From positions 2,576,972-2,640,971 of the forward strand of contig NZ_OZ244926.1 of NCBI RefSeq assembly GCF_965221965.1: DNA of 64,000 bases. The letters are read 5' to 3'. The position numbers and the translations under genes are program-made. Positions 19,347 to 30,147 of this stretch are shown here, one piece after another. This stretch comes from Ekhidna sp. (GTDB taxonomy: Bacteria > Bacteroidota > Bacteroidia > Cytophagales > Cyclobacteriaceae). Position 1 is the first letter of the stretch. The number at the start of each line of letters is the position of its first letter. The notes under the pieces are model-generated. The model had not been told where the DNA came from. It ran no database searches and saw only the letters and a program-made list of their open reading frames with translations.

Positions 19347-19391
19347 TCAAATCTGCTTTCTTTCCCTGTGTTTGCTCATTATTTTTGATGC

Positions 19392-20000
19392 ATGAAGATT
19401 ATCTGCATTGGAAGAAATTATGCCGAACACATCGAAGAACTTGGGAATGAGCGACCGGAACATCCGATTATTTTCATGAAGCCGGATACGGCACTGATTA
19501 AGAATAATGACCCTTTTTATTATCCGGACTTTTCCAAGGACATTCATCACGAAGTTGAAATTTTGGTTAAGATCAAGAAAGAGGGAAAGTCAGTGGAGAA
19601 AGAGTATGCACATCAATATTATGATGAAATAGGTCTAGGTATTGATTTCACTGCCAGGGACTGGCAAACCAAGGTAAAAGAAAAAGGACATCCCTGGGAG
19701 ATTGCCAAAGCCTTTAATGGCTCAGCACCCATCTCGAAATTCATCCCTAAAGGAGACAGAGATATGACCGATGTAAACTTCCGATTAGAAAAAAATGGAG
19801 AAGAGGTGCAAAATGGAAATACCAGTCTCATGCTCTGGCCGATTGATGAAATCATTTCGTACGTCTCTCAGTTCATTTTACTCAAAACCGGAGACATTAT
19901 CTTCACAGGTACTCCGAAAGGTGTAGGACCTGTTCAAATCGGAGACCGATTGGTAGGATTTTTGGAAGACAAACAGATGTTTGATTTTGAGGTTAAGTAG
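19392..20000 (+). CDS. Fumarylacetoacetate hydrolase (FAH) family protein
   Basis: MKIICIGRNYAEHIEELG...PIIFMKP and C-terminal GDIIFTGTPKGVG are typical of small FAH-family isomerase/hydrolases. Confidence 0.8.
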   Translation: MKIICIGRNYAEHIEELGNERPEHPIIFMKPDTALIKNNDPFYYPDFSKDIHHEVEILVKIKKEGKSVEKEYAHQYYDEIGLGIDFTARDWQTKVKEKGHPWEIAKAFNGSAPISKFIPKGDRDMTDVNFRLEKNGEEVQNGNTSLMLWPIDEIISYVSQFILLKTGDIIFTGTPKGVGPVQIGDRLVGFLEDKQMFDFEVK

Positions 20001-20003
20001 TTG

Positions 20004-21836
20004 ATGAAACTTATTGGTACATACATTTTAATATTTTCATTATTTAAAGGATTTGCGCAGGATTTTGAAGCGATCGACTATCAGTTTCCTATCAATCCCG
20101 GTCAGCAGAATTATCTGGCAGGCACAGTAGGTGAAATTCGCAGCTCACATTTTCATACTGGTATTGATGTAAAAACCGGTGGTCGAACCGGTCTTCCCAT
20201 ATATGCCGTGGCTGATGGGCATATTTCCAGAATCAAAGTTTCGGCTTCCGGCTATGGATACGCGCTGTATATGAAGCATCCCAATGGAACGTTTTCGGTG
20301 TATGCTCACCTGGAGGCATTTGATCCAAAGATTGCTGCATGGGCTTTGAAAGAGCAATACAGGAAGGAATCATTTGAGGTTGACCTGTTTCCTGAGGCGG
20401 GTCAGTTTCCTTTTAAGCGAGGAGATATCATTGGTTATTCTGGTAATACGGGCTCATCCAGTGGCCCTCACCTCCACTTTGAAATCAGGGATGCCAATCA
20501 CCAACCAATTGATGTGCTCAGTCTTGGTTTTGATGAGATCAGAGATAACATCCCTCCTGTTGTACAAGAGGTTGCTTTCGTCACCCTCGAAGAAGACGCA
20601 CGAGTAAATGGTTTATTTGGGAGATATGAATTTGACCTAATTAAAACCAAGAATGGCTATGAGACTATAGAACCCATCAGCTTAAAAGGAAAAATAGGAG
20701 TTGAAATCTATTCATACGATCCAATGGACGGCATTCCCAATCGAAATGGAATCGTGAAAACTACCTTTCAGCTTGATGGTGATACCTTATTCTCAGAGTA
20801 CAAAGAAGCATTCAATTTCAGCAAGCAACGGAATGTTTTAGTACACTACAACTACCCTGCATACAAAAATGGAAGCAGGCGTTTCAACAAACTTTACCTG
20901 GCAGATGGAAACGAGCACAACATTTATAATGTGGTGAATCGGGGAGTACACTTTTCTGATCAAAGCGAAATTTTAATTGAAACTGCAGACAGCTATAACA
21001 ACGTATCCGCAACCAGAATAACTCTTAGCAAAGAGTATGGGGCGAATGCTCCTAAAATTCATGCACCAGAACAAATAGGAAATTATCTCCATTTCAAATC
21101 CAACCAGCAAGCATCGGTAATGCTGGAAGATTGGGTGCCGTTAAAACCTTATACCCAAAATGGTGAGGATCAATATTATATCTGGGATTTAAGAAAGGGA
21201 ACTCCCAAAAATCTTTTTATAGACGGTGAGACAACCAAAACCGGTTTAGTGGGACTACTGCCATCGAATCAGGAAATAAGCTATTTACAAAAAGAATTTA
21301 CTTTAAACTTAAGCAGGCGCTCACTTTTTGATACACTTTACCTGGCATTCGAAAAAGAATATGATTCTACCAGAAATCTTGAGCTTTTTCACTTTCAAAA
21401 CCCTACACATCCCTTTCGCTCAAATATTGAAATTGCACTAAACCCGGAAAAAAATTATAATCAGGAAAAGGCAATGGTCTATTCCGTTTTCGGGAATCGA
21501 TTCAATTTTATGGGTGGCGAGTGGGAAAATGGACACATCAGCTTCTCAACAAGGGATTTGGTTACATATACGATTTTGGAGGATAGTATTCCTCCATCCA
21601 TTGAATTAAAGATGGCTAACGCTGATTACCTGAAATTTAGAATTGATGATGAACTCTCTGGCATTAAGAGCTTCGAGGCAACTATCAACGGCGAGTTTGT
21701 GTTGATGCACTACGAACCGAAAAGAAAACTTATTTGGTCACAAAAATTGAATGAAAACATTCCTTTTAAAGGAAGGTTTGTACTAGAAGTAATAGATAAT
21801 TCAAACAACGGAACCATTTATACTAAAACACTATGA
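20004..21836 (+). CDS. M23-family metallopeptidase with a long C-terminal extension
   Basis: HFHTGIDV and GSSSGPHLHFEIR (LytM/M23 zinc ligands), plus a signal peptide. Confidence 0.8.
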   Translation: MKLIGTYILIFSLFKGFAQDFEAIDYQFPINPGQQNYLAGTVGEIRSSHFHTGIDVKTGGRTGLPIYAVADGHISRIKVSASGYGYALYMKHPNGTFSVYAHLEAFDPKIAAWALKEQYRKESFEVDLFPEAGQFPFKRGDIIGYSGNTGSSSGPHLHFEIRDANHQPIDVLSLGFDEIRDNIPPVVQEVAFVTLEEDARVNGLFGRYEFDLIKTKNGYETIEPISLKGKIGVEIYSYDPMDGIPNRNGIVKTTFQLDGDTLFSEYKEAFNFSKQRNVLVHYNYPAYKNGSRRFNKLYLADGNEHNIYNVVNRGVHFSDQSEILIETADSYNNVSATRITLSKEYGANAPKIHAPEQIGNYLHFKSNQQASVMLEDWVPLKPYTQNGEDQYYIWDLRKGTPKNLFIDGETTKTGLVGLLPSNQEISYLQKEFTLNLSRRSLFDTLYLAFEKEYDSTRNLELFHFQNPTHPFRSNIEIALNPEKNYNQEKAMVYSVFGNRFNFMGGEWENGHISFSTRDLVTYTILEDSIPPSIELKMANADYLKFRIDDELSGIKSFEATINGEFVLMHYEPKRKLIWSQKLNENIPFKGRFVLEVIDNSNNGTIYTKTL

Positions 21837-22285
21837 TCACATTAAAGCCAGGCGACAAAGCACCAGATTTCGAAAGTAAGGATCAGGATGGGAATCCAAT
21901 AAAACTATCCGATTATAAAGGAAAAAAGGTAGTATTCTACTTCTACCCAAAAGACAACACCCCTGGGTGTACCGCTGAGTCATGTAATCTCAGAGACAAT
22001 TACGAAGAACTTCAAAAACAAGGATATGAGGTGCTGGGAGTAAGTAGTGATGGAGAAAAATCACATCAGAAATTCATAGCCAAACATGAACTCCCTTTTA
22101 AGCTGATTGCGGATGAAGACAAGTCTGTTCATGAAGCTTATGGCACTTGGGACTTAAAGAAGTTTATGGGTAAAGAATACATGGGCACACTGAGAACTAC
22201 GTTTATTATTGACGAAGAAGGAAAGATTGAGGAAGTGATAGAAAAAGTAAAAACAAAGGATCATACTGCTCAGATTTTGAAATAG
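21833..22285 (+). CDS. bcp: Thiol peroxidase Bcp / peroxiredoxin Q
   Basis: FYFYPKDNTPGCTAESC peroxidatic/resolving Cys motif. ATGA overlap with the upstream gene. Confidence 0.9.
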   Translation: MITLKPGDKAPDFESKDQDGNPIKLSDYKGKKVVFYFYPKDNTPGCTAESCNLRDNYEELQKQGYEVLGVSSDGEKSHQKFIAKHELPFKLIADEDKSVHEAYGTWDLKKFMGKEYMGTLRTTFIIDEEGKIEEVIEKVKTKDHTAQILK

Positions 22286-22290
22286 AATTA

Positions 22291-22323
22291 AGTCGTCCTA
22301 CCACTAAAAGTGGTAGGACGACT
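22291..22323. terminator. Strong bidirectional terminator hairpin
   Basis: Perfect 14-bp stem AGTCGTCCTACCAC/GTGGTAGGACGACT with loop TAAAA, followed by TTTTT on the plus strand. It lies between convergent bcp and the M28 peptidase gene. Confidence 0.85.
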
Positions 22324-22329
22324 AAGTTT

Positions 22330-23661
22330 TTATCTCTTCACTTCTGCTGGAAATACTACCAAACTTTCGTTTCCATCTTTTCCAACGGCAGATACTCCGA
22401 AAAAGTAGTTATCGATCACAATGCCTTTTAAGGTAAACTCCGTTTTATCCTTATCTACATTGTAAAACATATCCCATGTTGGGGAGGTTGTCTCTCTAAA
22501 ATACACCTTATAACCAGCCAGGTTTGCATGATCCACTGCATCCCAATAAAGTGTTGTTGAAGGCTCTACAGCTCCACTAATAGCAACATTTTCAGGTTCA
22601 GGAGGTGCAGATGCTAATGCAGCTAGTGTGATTGCATTCACCGCAGTAAGTTTTGCTGCATATTCAAAGTTGACATGTTCGATCACATCTCCATATTTAA
22701 TTCCATTTTCTACTCGAATGTCTTGGTGCTGTTGGGTATAATTTTCATGCGCCTCCATGATCCTCACCCCGGCAAATCCTGCATCACAAAATGGACGGTG
22801 GTGTCCACCTCTTCCAAAACGATCTAAACGGTAAATCATCATGGGATTCATTTCAGGCATGTAAGTCTTCGTCATTGTATAGACATAGCGAGCAAGCTGT
22901 CGTGATATGCCGTCTACTTCACCACCATAATACCTTCTCATACGCTGTTGAAAGTCAGAATCTGTTGGGTTAGTCGGTTCAGAAAAAATACGAAAAGTAC
23001 GATTATCGATCACGCCATCAACACCCTTGATGTTACCAATCATATCGTTGTTAAGCACACCAACTATCTCCCACCCTTCTTCTATAGCCTTAGCCGCCAG
23101 GTGCTTACCACCATAAAGTCCCTGCTCTTCACCAGAAAGACCTACTAATAAGATTGAGCTTTCAAAATCATACTTAGATAGTATCCGAGCTGCTTCAATC
23201 ACCCCGGCCATTCCGGATGCATTATCGTTTGCGCCGGGGGAGTCATCTGTGTAATTGAGTGGGTCTGAAACGCGGCTATCAATGTCTCCTGCCATGATAA
23301 TGTACCTATTGGGATAAGTAGTACCTCGCTTGACGGCCAGTACATTTACAATCTCTGTGTCCTTGGTTATTCGAGTCTTTGCATTGCCTTTCTCCAGTGT
23401 ACGCTGCATCGAAACTTCGTAGCATCCTCCACACTCTTTGGATATTTTTTCAAACTCTGATTTGATCCATCTTCTTGCAGCACCAATTCCACGAGTTTCA
23501 GATTCTGTTTCAGACATGGTATGTCTGGTTCCGAACGAAACTAGTTTCTGAATATCAGCTTCAATTCGATCAGGGTTGACCTCCTCTATTATTTCATAAG
23601 GAGTTTGAGAGGAAGCGTATGAAACAATAACTATAAATAAAAAGGTTAATTTATCTTTCAT
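22330..23661 (-). CDS. M28-family aminopeptidase with a C-terminal FN3-like domain
   Basis: GANDNASGMAGVIEAARIL and GLSGEEQGLYG (M28 zinc-ligand blocks), plus a signal peptide. Confidence 0.8.
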   Translation of the reverse strand: MKDKLTFLFIVIVSYASSQTPYEIIEEVNPDRIEADIQKLVSFGTRHTMSETESETRGIGAARRWIKSEFEKISKECGGCYEVSMQRTLEKGNAKTRITKDTEIVNVLAVKRGTTYPNRYIIMAGDIDSRVSDPLNYTDDSPGANDNASGMAGVIEAARILSKYDFESSILLVGLSGEEQGLYGGKHLAAKAIEEGWEIVGVLNNDMIGNIKGVDGVIDNRTFRIFSEPTNPTDSDFQQRMRRYYGGEVDGISRQLARYVYTMTKTYMPEMNPMMIYRLDRFGRGGHHRPFCDAGFAGVRIMEAHENYTQQHQDIRVENGIKYGDVIEHVNFEYAAKLTAVNAITLAALASAPPEPENVAISGAVEPSTTLYWDAVDHANLAGYKVYFRETTSPTWDMFYNVDKDKTEFTLKGIVIDNYFFGVSAVGKDGNESLVVFPAEVKR

Positions 23662-23725
23662 AGTTTAGATTTTAAAATAAAAAAAGCGCTCCATAGAGAA
23701 CGCTTTTTAAAATAACTTATTGAGA

Positions 23726-25057
23726 TTAACTTGTATATCCCGGGTTTTGATCCACAGGATTGGTATTTGTTTCTCTCTGAGGAATTGGCATCAGCATTTC
23801 ATCATCATCCCATGCAAATCCATCTGATGATCCTTCCAACCTTTTCACATCATGATAGAAAACACCCTCCATACCTAACTCCAGTTTACGCTCATTTAGA
23901 ATGTCATTTAGTGTAACAGCTCCGAATGTATTTGCATTCGCTCTGTTTCTCAATGCATTGATGTCATTCAAAGGAGTATCACCTACGGTTGTTCCTAGGC
24001 GTTGGTTGCATTCTGCTCTTATTAAGTACATCTCTGCTGCTCTTATCAAAGGAACATTTGCAAATTGGTTAGTGTACTTGGCAGTTAGTCCTCCAACTGT
24101 AAAGTTGGCCCGATCATCCGTTGGATCATCGAACAGGGCAAAATAGGCAGCAGTTGGTGTAATATCACCCCCTCTACCTCCGTTTGCCTGTGATGCGTAA
24201 AAAGTAATCAATTCATTTTCACCCGTCTGGCTAGTTACCTGAAAAGCAAAAATATCCTCATTACTATCTGCATCATTGTTAAAAGCAGCAGCATAAGATC
24301 CTACTATATCATGCCCGCTATTTTGCAATACATCATTAGCAGCATCTCTAGCATTCGTATAATCACCTTGCTGAAGATAAACACGTGCTCTTAATGCCTG
24401 AGCCGCATAACGATCGGCAAAGAAGCCATTTGACTCTGGCAATAATGTATACGCATCATTAAGGTCGTTTAATATTTGTGTATACACTGCCTCAACACTT
24501 GCTCTATCAGCGGTTAAATCCTGACCAAAATCTGTAATTCCGGTTATTCTTAACGGGACACCTAGCTGAGTATTTCCCCCTCCCGGATTATATTTCTGAC
24601 CAAAGAATCGTATTAGATCGAAATAACCCAGCGCTCGCAAAAACTTAGCTTCACCTTCAGCAGTTTCTGCTACCGCTTGATCTTCAATTATACTAACATT
24701 ATCTATGACAAGATTTACTAAATTGATATACTGATAGGTATTAACCCACCCACGATCCACATCGTTATTGTCAACCAATACTTGTTTATTTCTAATTTGA
24801 CGATATCCAAGGAAGGTACCTCCCCAGTTTAATGACCCATCACTTCCAAGAAGATCAGCCATAATTTGAAAGTTTCCTCCGTATGAAGCACCATCTCCTG
24901 CTTCTTGGTATGCTCCAACAAGTGTCGCTAGCAAGTTTTGTTCAGATGAAACCGCGGACTCAAGTGATATGCTCTGTTCGGGTTCAATCTCAAGTCTATC
25001 TTCACAACTAAATGTAAAGACAGCTATACCTATTAATATTATTTTAAATTTTTTCAT
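23726..25057 (-). CDS. SusD/RagB-family nutrient-binding lipoprotein
   Basis: Lipobox FTFSC and TPR-like helices (YLLRAxxY-type: ALRARVYLQQGDYTNA; AEMYLIRAEC). It lies immediately downstream of the SusC-like gene. Confidence 0.85.
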   Translation of the reverse strand: MKKFKIILIGIAVFTFSCEDRLEIEPEQSISLESAVSSEQNLLATLVGAYQEAGDGASYGGNFQIMADLLGSDGSLNWGGTFLGYRQIRNKQVLVDNNDVDRGWVNTYQYINLVNLVIDNVSIIEDQAVAETAEGEAKFLRALGYFDLIRFFGQKYNPGGGNTQLGVPLRITGITDFGQDLTADRASVEAVYTQILNDLNDAYTLLPESNGFFADRYAAQALRARVYLQQGDYTNARDAANDVLQNSGHDIVGSYAAAFNNDADSNEDIFAFQVTSQTGENELITFYASQANGGRGGDITPTAAYFALFDDPTDDRANFTVGGLTAKYTNQFANVPLIRAAEMYLIRAECNQRLGTTVGDTPLNDINALRNRANANTFGAVTLNDILNERKLELGMEGVFYHDVKRLEGSSDGFAWDDDEMLMPIPQRETNTNPVDQNPGYTS

Positions 25058-25068
25058 TTCTTCTGCTA

Positions 25069-28000
25069 TTAAAAGTTAACATTCACACCTAAAGAAATAG
25101 TTCTCGCAGGAGGTGCTGAATAAAATTCATTACCCGGATTAGAACCTCCAACATCTGATGTTGACTCAGGGTCAAATCCTTTTCCTCGGTCAGTGTAGCT
25201 GGTAAAAGTCAGCAAGTTTATACCAGAAATATAAAAACGAACTCTCTCCAACTTGGCGAGTTCAGCAATGTTTGATGGCAAAGTGTAACCAATACTCGCA
25301 TTTCTCAAACGTATGAAATCCGCTTCTCTCAAATATCTCGTAGAGTTAGCAGTTCCATTTCCTCCAAGAAAACGTGCCTGGGGAACATCTGTGATATCAC
25401 CAGGCTGCTGCCATCTTCTCAACTGATCTCTTGTCTGGTTATCCAGAAAGTCTGCATTTGTTGAAGCAAATCGGCCACCACCATTATAAATACTTGCACC
25501 CCACTCGCCCTGAAAGGTGAATGAGAAATCAAAGTTTTTATAGTTAATAGTGTTTGTAAGACCTGCAATTAGCTCTGGGAACGGATTTCCTACTACCGTT
25601 CTTTCGGCTGCATTTGGATCATTTGTTGTCGAACGATCTATCGTTCCATCTGGGTTTTCGGTATTTAGATAGTACAGAGCATCACCATTATCTGGGTCAA
25701 CCCCTGCATACTCTAACAAATAGAATGCACTCACCACTTCTCCCTCTCTGATTATATTTTGTCCTGTTATAACATCAGCTCCGTCATTTGGTAAAGAAAG
25801 CACTTCACTTTTGTTATTCGCTATATTGAAGTTTGTACTCCATGTAAAATCATCTCTTTCAATATTTGTTGTGTTCAAAACAATCTCAATTCCTTTATTC
25901 TCGATCTCTCCAATGTTAGAATTGATATCAATCAGTCCGGAACTAGGAACCAAAGGAACAGCGAATATCAAACCATCGGTTCGCTTGTTATAATAATCAA
26001 ACTCAATAGAAACACGATTATCAAGCACTCCAACTTCAAAACCAACATCCAACTGTGAAGTTTCTTCCCATGTAAGACTATTGTTTGGCGCCTGAGTAAG
26101 CAAAATACCTGAACGCTGATTATATGAGGCTGACCCAAATAATCCCCTTGAAGCAAAATTGCCTATTTCAGCATTTCCTGTGACCCCATAACTTCCTCTT
26201 AGTTTCAAGAAAGAAACGACTGTATTGTTATTTAAGAAACTCTCTTCAGATACTATCCATCCTACAGATACCGCAGGAAAAACTCCATATCGTTCATTCG
26301 CTCCAAATCGAGAAGAACCATCCCTTCGAATAGACGCTTTAAAAATGTATTTACCCATGAAGTCATATTGTGCACGGGCAAAAATTGATGCGAATGAATA
26401 ACGAGTTATAGATCCAGTGCCTCCAGTCACCTCTGCTCCGCTAGAAGGAGTTTGGAAATCATCCGTAGGAAATTCAATAGCTGTTACCGTTTGATCTCTA
26501 CGTGTCGACTCGTTAAGTTCAGTACCTACTACAACGTTTACATTGTGATCATTTGCAAACGTTTTTTCGAACGTTAAATAATTACTTAAAATGTAATTCT
26601 CTGTTCGGGTATTATCCCAAAAAGCTTCACCATTTGTTGATTGAAAAGGAACGCGACTTCCATCCCAAGAATTTTCCTCCTGACTAAAAATATCATATGC
26701 AAAATCAGAATTGATTCTTAAGAAATCAAGAATTTGGTACTCTAAAAAAGCTTTACCAGTAACACGTCTTACGGTAGTCTCATAGCTTCCATATTTATCC
26801 TGTCGTAAGAAATTGGCATAAGTAGTTTCCGTATTTGGCTCGCCATTCGCATCTACTGCTCTTACCAATGGTGATTGAGCAATCGATTGAACTGGAGTTA
26901 CAAAAGCATTATCATTTGCAACTCGATCAATAAATGTACGAGAATACCCAAGATTGATGCCCGCTCTAAACTTTTCAGAAAAGTTATGGGAGACATTAGA
27001 CCTCAGATTAAAACGTTCCAAAGAGTTGCCACGTAGAATACCATCTGTTTTGTTATACGCTCCAGATAGGAAAAATTGCGTTTTAAGGTCTCCGCCAGAA
27101 GCAGAAAAACTAAAATCCTCAACTGAACCATCCTGAAACATTACATCCTGCCAATCAGTATCGACATTTAAACCATTTCCACCATAGAATCCAAAAAAGT
27201 CTTCCTCTCCTGAAAGAATATCAATCATATCAGATTGACCATTTGGAGCATAAAACACACCATCTGCATCTTCACCAAATTCATTATTCCAAGCCTCTGT
27301 AAATAACTCAATATACTCCGGGCCATTGAGCATTTCAATTCTATTTGTCGGCTCACTGACCCCATAGGAATAGTTTACGCTGAAGTTTGTCTTTCCGGCT
27401 GATCCTCTTTTGGTAGTAATCACAACAACACCATTCGAACCTCTTGCTCCATAAATTGCCGCTGCGGAAGCATCTTTCAATATATCAATTGACTCGATCT
27501 CATTTGGAGAGAGTGTTAATAAAGGATTTGATGTTCCACCATTACTTGACTCATCATTATTAATTAAAGGAATACCATCTAGAACATATAGAGGCTGTGT
27601 GCCAGCACTTATGCTTGCCTGGCCTCTAATACGTATATTGATACCTCCATCAACTTTACCATTATCCTGAGTTATATCAACTCCTGCGGCCTTAGCAACT
27701 AATGTGTTTTGGAAGCTGGAATTAGGAATTTCCTTTAACTCTTCCCCTCCGATAGTTGCTACATTACCTGTAAGCAATCGCTTGGATTGAGTACCATATC
27801 CAACCACTACAACTTCTTGCAACTCAGTTGCTCCTCCCAATGTTATATCAACTGTTGTTCGTGAACCTACATTCACCTCTTGGGTCTCAAAACCCACATA
27901 AGAGAAAACCAGGATCGCACCCTCATCTACAGAGAGTCTGTAATTACCCTCCAAATCAGTTGTTGTGCCCGTTGTTGTGCCCTTAATCACAACATTCACT

Positions 28001-28113
28001 CCAGGTAATGACTCGCCAGAATCATCGGTGACCTTACCTGAAACTGTTCTCTGTGCCATCGAAAACGAGATAGCAACAGAGAACAAAGTAATTAGTAGTA
28101 AAATCCTCTTCAT
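25069..28113 (-). CDS. SusC/RagA-family TonB-dependent outer-membrane transporter
   Basis: N-terminal carboxypeptidase-regulatory-like domain (VSGKVTDDSGESLPGVNVVIKGTTTGTTTDLEGNY), plug region, about 1000 aa, and a C-terminal NVNF. Confidence 0.9.
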   Translation of the reverse strand: MKRILLLITLFSVAISFSMAQRTVSGKVTDDSGESLPGVNVVIKGTTTGTTTDLEGNYRLSVDEGAILVFSYVGFETQEVNVGSRTTVDITLGGATELQEVVVVGYGTQSKRLLTGNVATIGGEELKEIPNSSFQNTLVAKAAGVDITQDNGKVDGGINIRIRGQASISAGTQPLYVLDGIPLINNDESSNGGTSNPLLTLSPNEIESIDILKDASAAAIYGARGSNGVVVITTKRGSAGKTNFSVNYSYGVSEPTNRIEMLNGPEYIELFTEAWNNEFGEDADGVFYAPNGQSDMIDILSGEEDFFGFYGGNGLNVDTDWQDVMFQDGSVEDFSFSASGGDLKTQFFLSGAYNKTDGILRGNSLERFNLRSNVSHNFSEKFRAGINLGYSRTFIDRVANDNAFVTPVQSIAQSPLVRAVDANGEPNTETTYANFLRQDKYGSYETTVRRVTGKAFLEYQILDFLRINSDFAYDIFSQEENSWDGSRVPFQSTNGEAFWDNTRTENYILSNYLTFEKTFANDHNVNVVVGTELNESTRRDQTVTAIEFPTDDFQTPSSGAEVTGGTGSITRYSFASIFARAQYDFMGKYIFKASIRRDGSSRFGANERYGVFPAVSVGWIVSEESFLNNNTVVSFLKLRGSYGVTGNAEIGNFASRGLFGSASYNQRSGILLTQAPNNSLTWEETSQLDVGFEVGVLDNRVSIEFDYYNKRTDGLIFAVPLVPSSGLIDINSNIGEIENKGIEIVLNTTNIERDDFTWSTNFNIANNKSEVLSLPNDGADVITGQNIIREGEVVSAFYLLEYAGVDPDNGDALYYLNTENPDGTIDRSTTNDPNAAERTVVGNPFPELIAGLTNTINYKNFDFSFTFQGEWGASIYNGGGRFASTNADFLDNQTRDQLRRWQQPGDITDVPQARFLGGNGTANSTRYLREADFIRLRNASIGYTLPSNIAELAKLERVRFYISGINLLTFTSYTDRGKGFDPESTSDVGGSNPGNEFYSAPPARTISLGVNVNF

Positions 28114-28323
28114 ACTTTACTTTGTTTAGTTTAAAAATTGAATACTAAAAAATGTCTACATGTAATTTACATCATAAATAAATGACCACTTATCTGGTGT
28201 TTTGGTTGTTTCATCCAATTAAAACAAACCCAAAGACAATATGTTAAGAAGCACTCTTTATTTAATAAGGCCCTCTCAATCAATCAGGATTATTACATTT
28301 GCCACCTTGAAAATATAAGCCCA

Positions 28324-29175
28324 ATGTCAAACCCTCCTAACCTGGAAAACCTTAAAAAAATTTGTTCGCAAGTTCGACGAGATATCGTACGAATGGTGCA
28401 TGCCGTAAACTCCGGACACCCGGGCGGATCGCTAGGATGTACTGAGTATTTTGTCGCACTGTACAATCATATTATGAAATATGATCCTTCTTTTAATATG
28501 GAGGGTAGAAATGAAGATGTTTTCTTCCTTTCTAATGGTCATATTTCCCCAGTGTTTTACAGCACACTTGCCAGAGCTGGTTTTTTTGATATTTCAGAGC
28601 TTTCCACATTTAGAAAACTCGACTCGAGACTTCAAGGGCATCCTGCTACAGAAGAAGGGCTTCCGGGTGTAAGAATCGCTTCAGGATCACTTGGTCAGGG
28701 GCTTTCAGCTGCCATTGGAGTGGCCTTAGCTAAAAAAATAGATGGAGATGATCGAAATGTGTTTGTATTGATGGGAGATGGCGAACAACAGGAAGGACAG
28801 ATTTGGGAAGCTGCAATGTTCGCTGCTCATAATAAGGTTGATAACCTCATTGCTACCATCGATTACAATGGTCAGCAAATTGATGGTCCATTGGAAGAAG
28901 TTAATAGTCTTGGTGACCTGAAAGCTAAATATGAGGCCTTTGGGTGGGAGGTGCTGGAATGCAATGGCAATGAATTGGGACAATTAATTGAAACATTGGA
29001 AAAAGCTCGATCTAAGTCGGGAAATGGCAAACCGATCATGATCCTCATGACCACCGAAATGGGCAAAGGTGTTGACTTTATGGAGGGAACACACAAATGG
29101 CACGGGGTTGCACCAAATGATGAACAACTCGCAGATGCCCTTAGCCAATTAGAAGAAACGTTAGGAGATTACTAA
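28324..29175 (+). CDS. Transketolase, N-terminal (TPP-binding) subunit
   Basis: GHPGGSLG, GSLGQGLS and GDGEQQEG blocks. A separate ORF encodes the C-terminal half 15 nt downstream. Confidence 0.9.
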   Translation: MSNPPNLENLKKICSQVRRDIVRMVHAVNSGHPGGSLGCTEYFVALYNHIMKYDPSFNMEGRNEDVFFLSNGHISPVFYSTLARAGFFDISELSTFRKLDSRLQGHPATEEGLPGVRIASGSLGQGLSAAIGVALAKKIDGDDRNVFVLMGDGEQQEGQIWEAAMFAAHNKVDNLIATIDYNGQQIDGPLEEVNSLGDLKAKYEAFGWEVLECNGNELGQLIETLEKARSKSGNGKPIMILMTTEMGKGVDFMEGTHKWHGVAPNDEQLADALSQLEETLGDY

Positions 29176-29190
29176 AACCACCAAATACGA

Positions 29191-30147
29191 ATGAAGACAA
29201 AGCTTACTTACACTGATAAAAAAGACACACGTTCCGGGTTTGGTGATGGCCTCTTGGAAGCTGCAAAAAGTAACCCTAACATCGTAGGACTTTGTGCGGA
29301 TCTTACAGGCTCATTGAAAATGAATGCTTTTCAAAAGGAGTTTCCTGAGCGGTTTTTTCAAGTGGGAATTGCAGAAGCAAATATGATGGGGATTGCAGCT
29401 GGACTCGCTACTGCAGGAAAAATTCCTTTCACAGGTACTTTCGCTAATTTTTCAACAAGTAGAGTTTACGATCAACTCAGACAATCAATCGCTTATTCAG
29501 AAAAGAATGTGAAAGTCTGTGCTTCGCATGCCGGATTGACTTTGGGAGAGGATGGAGCCACCCATCAGGTGCTTGAAGATATTGGCATGACTAAAATGCT
29601 TCCAAATTTCACAGTCATTAATCCGTGTGATTACCACCAAACAAAGGCGGCTACTATAGCAATATCCAAATATGAAGGTCCGGTGTATTTACGTTTTGGC
29701 AGACCTGGCTGGCCCATGTTTATGGAGAATCAGCCATTTGAAATCGGTAAAGCAATTACCTTGATTGAAGGAAGCGATGTTTCTATTTTCGCTACAGGTC
29801 ATATGGTGTGGAGAGCAATTGAGGCAGAAGCTGAGCTTGCTGAACAAGGTATATCTGCAGAAGTTATCAATATACATACGATCAAACCGCTAGATAAAGA
29901 AGCTATTCTTCAGTCTATTTCAAAAACTCGTTGTGCCGTTTCTGCTGAGGAACACCAAATAGCAGGAGGTCTTGGGGAAAGTATAGCTCAAACAATCGTA
30001 AGAAATGATCTCGTTCCTCAGGAATTCGTTGCTGTCAACGATCATTTTGGAGAGAGTGGAAAGCCAGCAGACTTACTCGACAAATATGGTCTTGGAGTGA
30101 AAGACATTGTGGAAAAAGCAAAGAAGGCTATCCAACGAAAAGGCTAA
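29191..30147 (+). CDS. Transketolase, C-terminal (pyrimidine-binding) subunit
   Basis: FQVGIAEANMMGIAAGLA and EDGATHQ blocks. Confidence 0.9.
   Translation: MKTKLTYTDKKDTRSGFGDGLLEAAKSNPNIVGLCADLTGSLKMNAFQKEFPERFFQVGIAEANMMGIAAGLATAGKIPFTGTFANFSTSRVYDQLRQSIAYSEKNVKVCASHAGLTLGEDGATHQVLEDIGMTKMLPNFTVINPCDYHQTKAATIAISKYEGPVYLRFGRPGWPMFMENQPFEIGKAITLIEGSDVSIFATGHMVWRAIEAEAELAEQGISAEVINIHTIKPLDKEAILQSISKTRCAVSAEEHQIAGGLGESIAQTIVRNDLVPQEFVAVNDHFGESGKPADLLDKYGLGVKDIVEKAKKAIQRKG

Noticed and set aside
28160-28172. ATGTAATTTACAT palindrome upstream of susC
   Set aside because: It is short and AT-rich in an AT-rich promoter region, so it is expected by chance. No second copy was seen.
28324-30147. 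Transketolase split into two ORFs as a possible frameshift or pseudogene
   Set aside because: The two halves correspond cleanly to the N-terminal TPP-binding and C-terminal pyrimidine-binding subunits. Each has its own ATG, with a 15-nt gap between them. This is the known two-subunit form, not a disruption.
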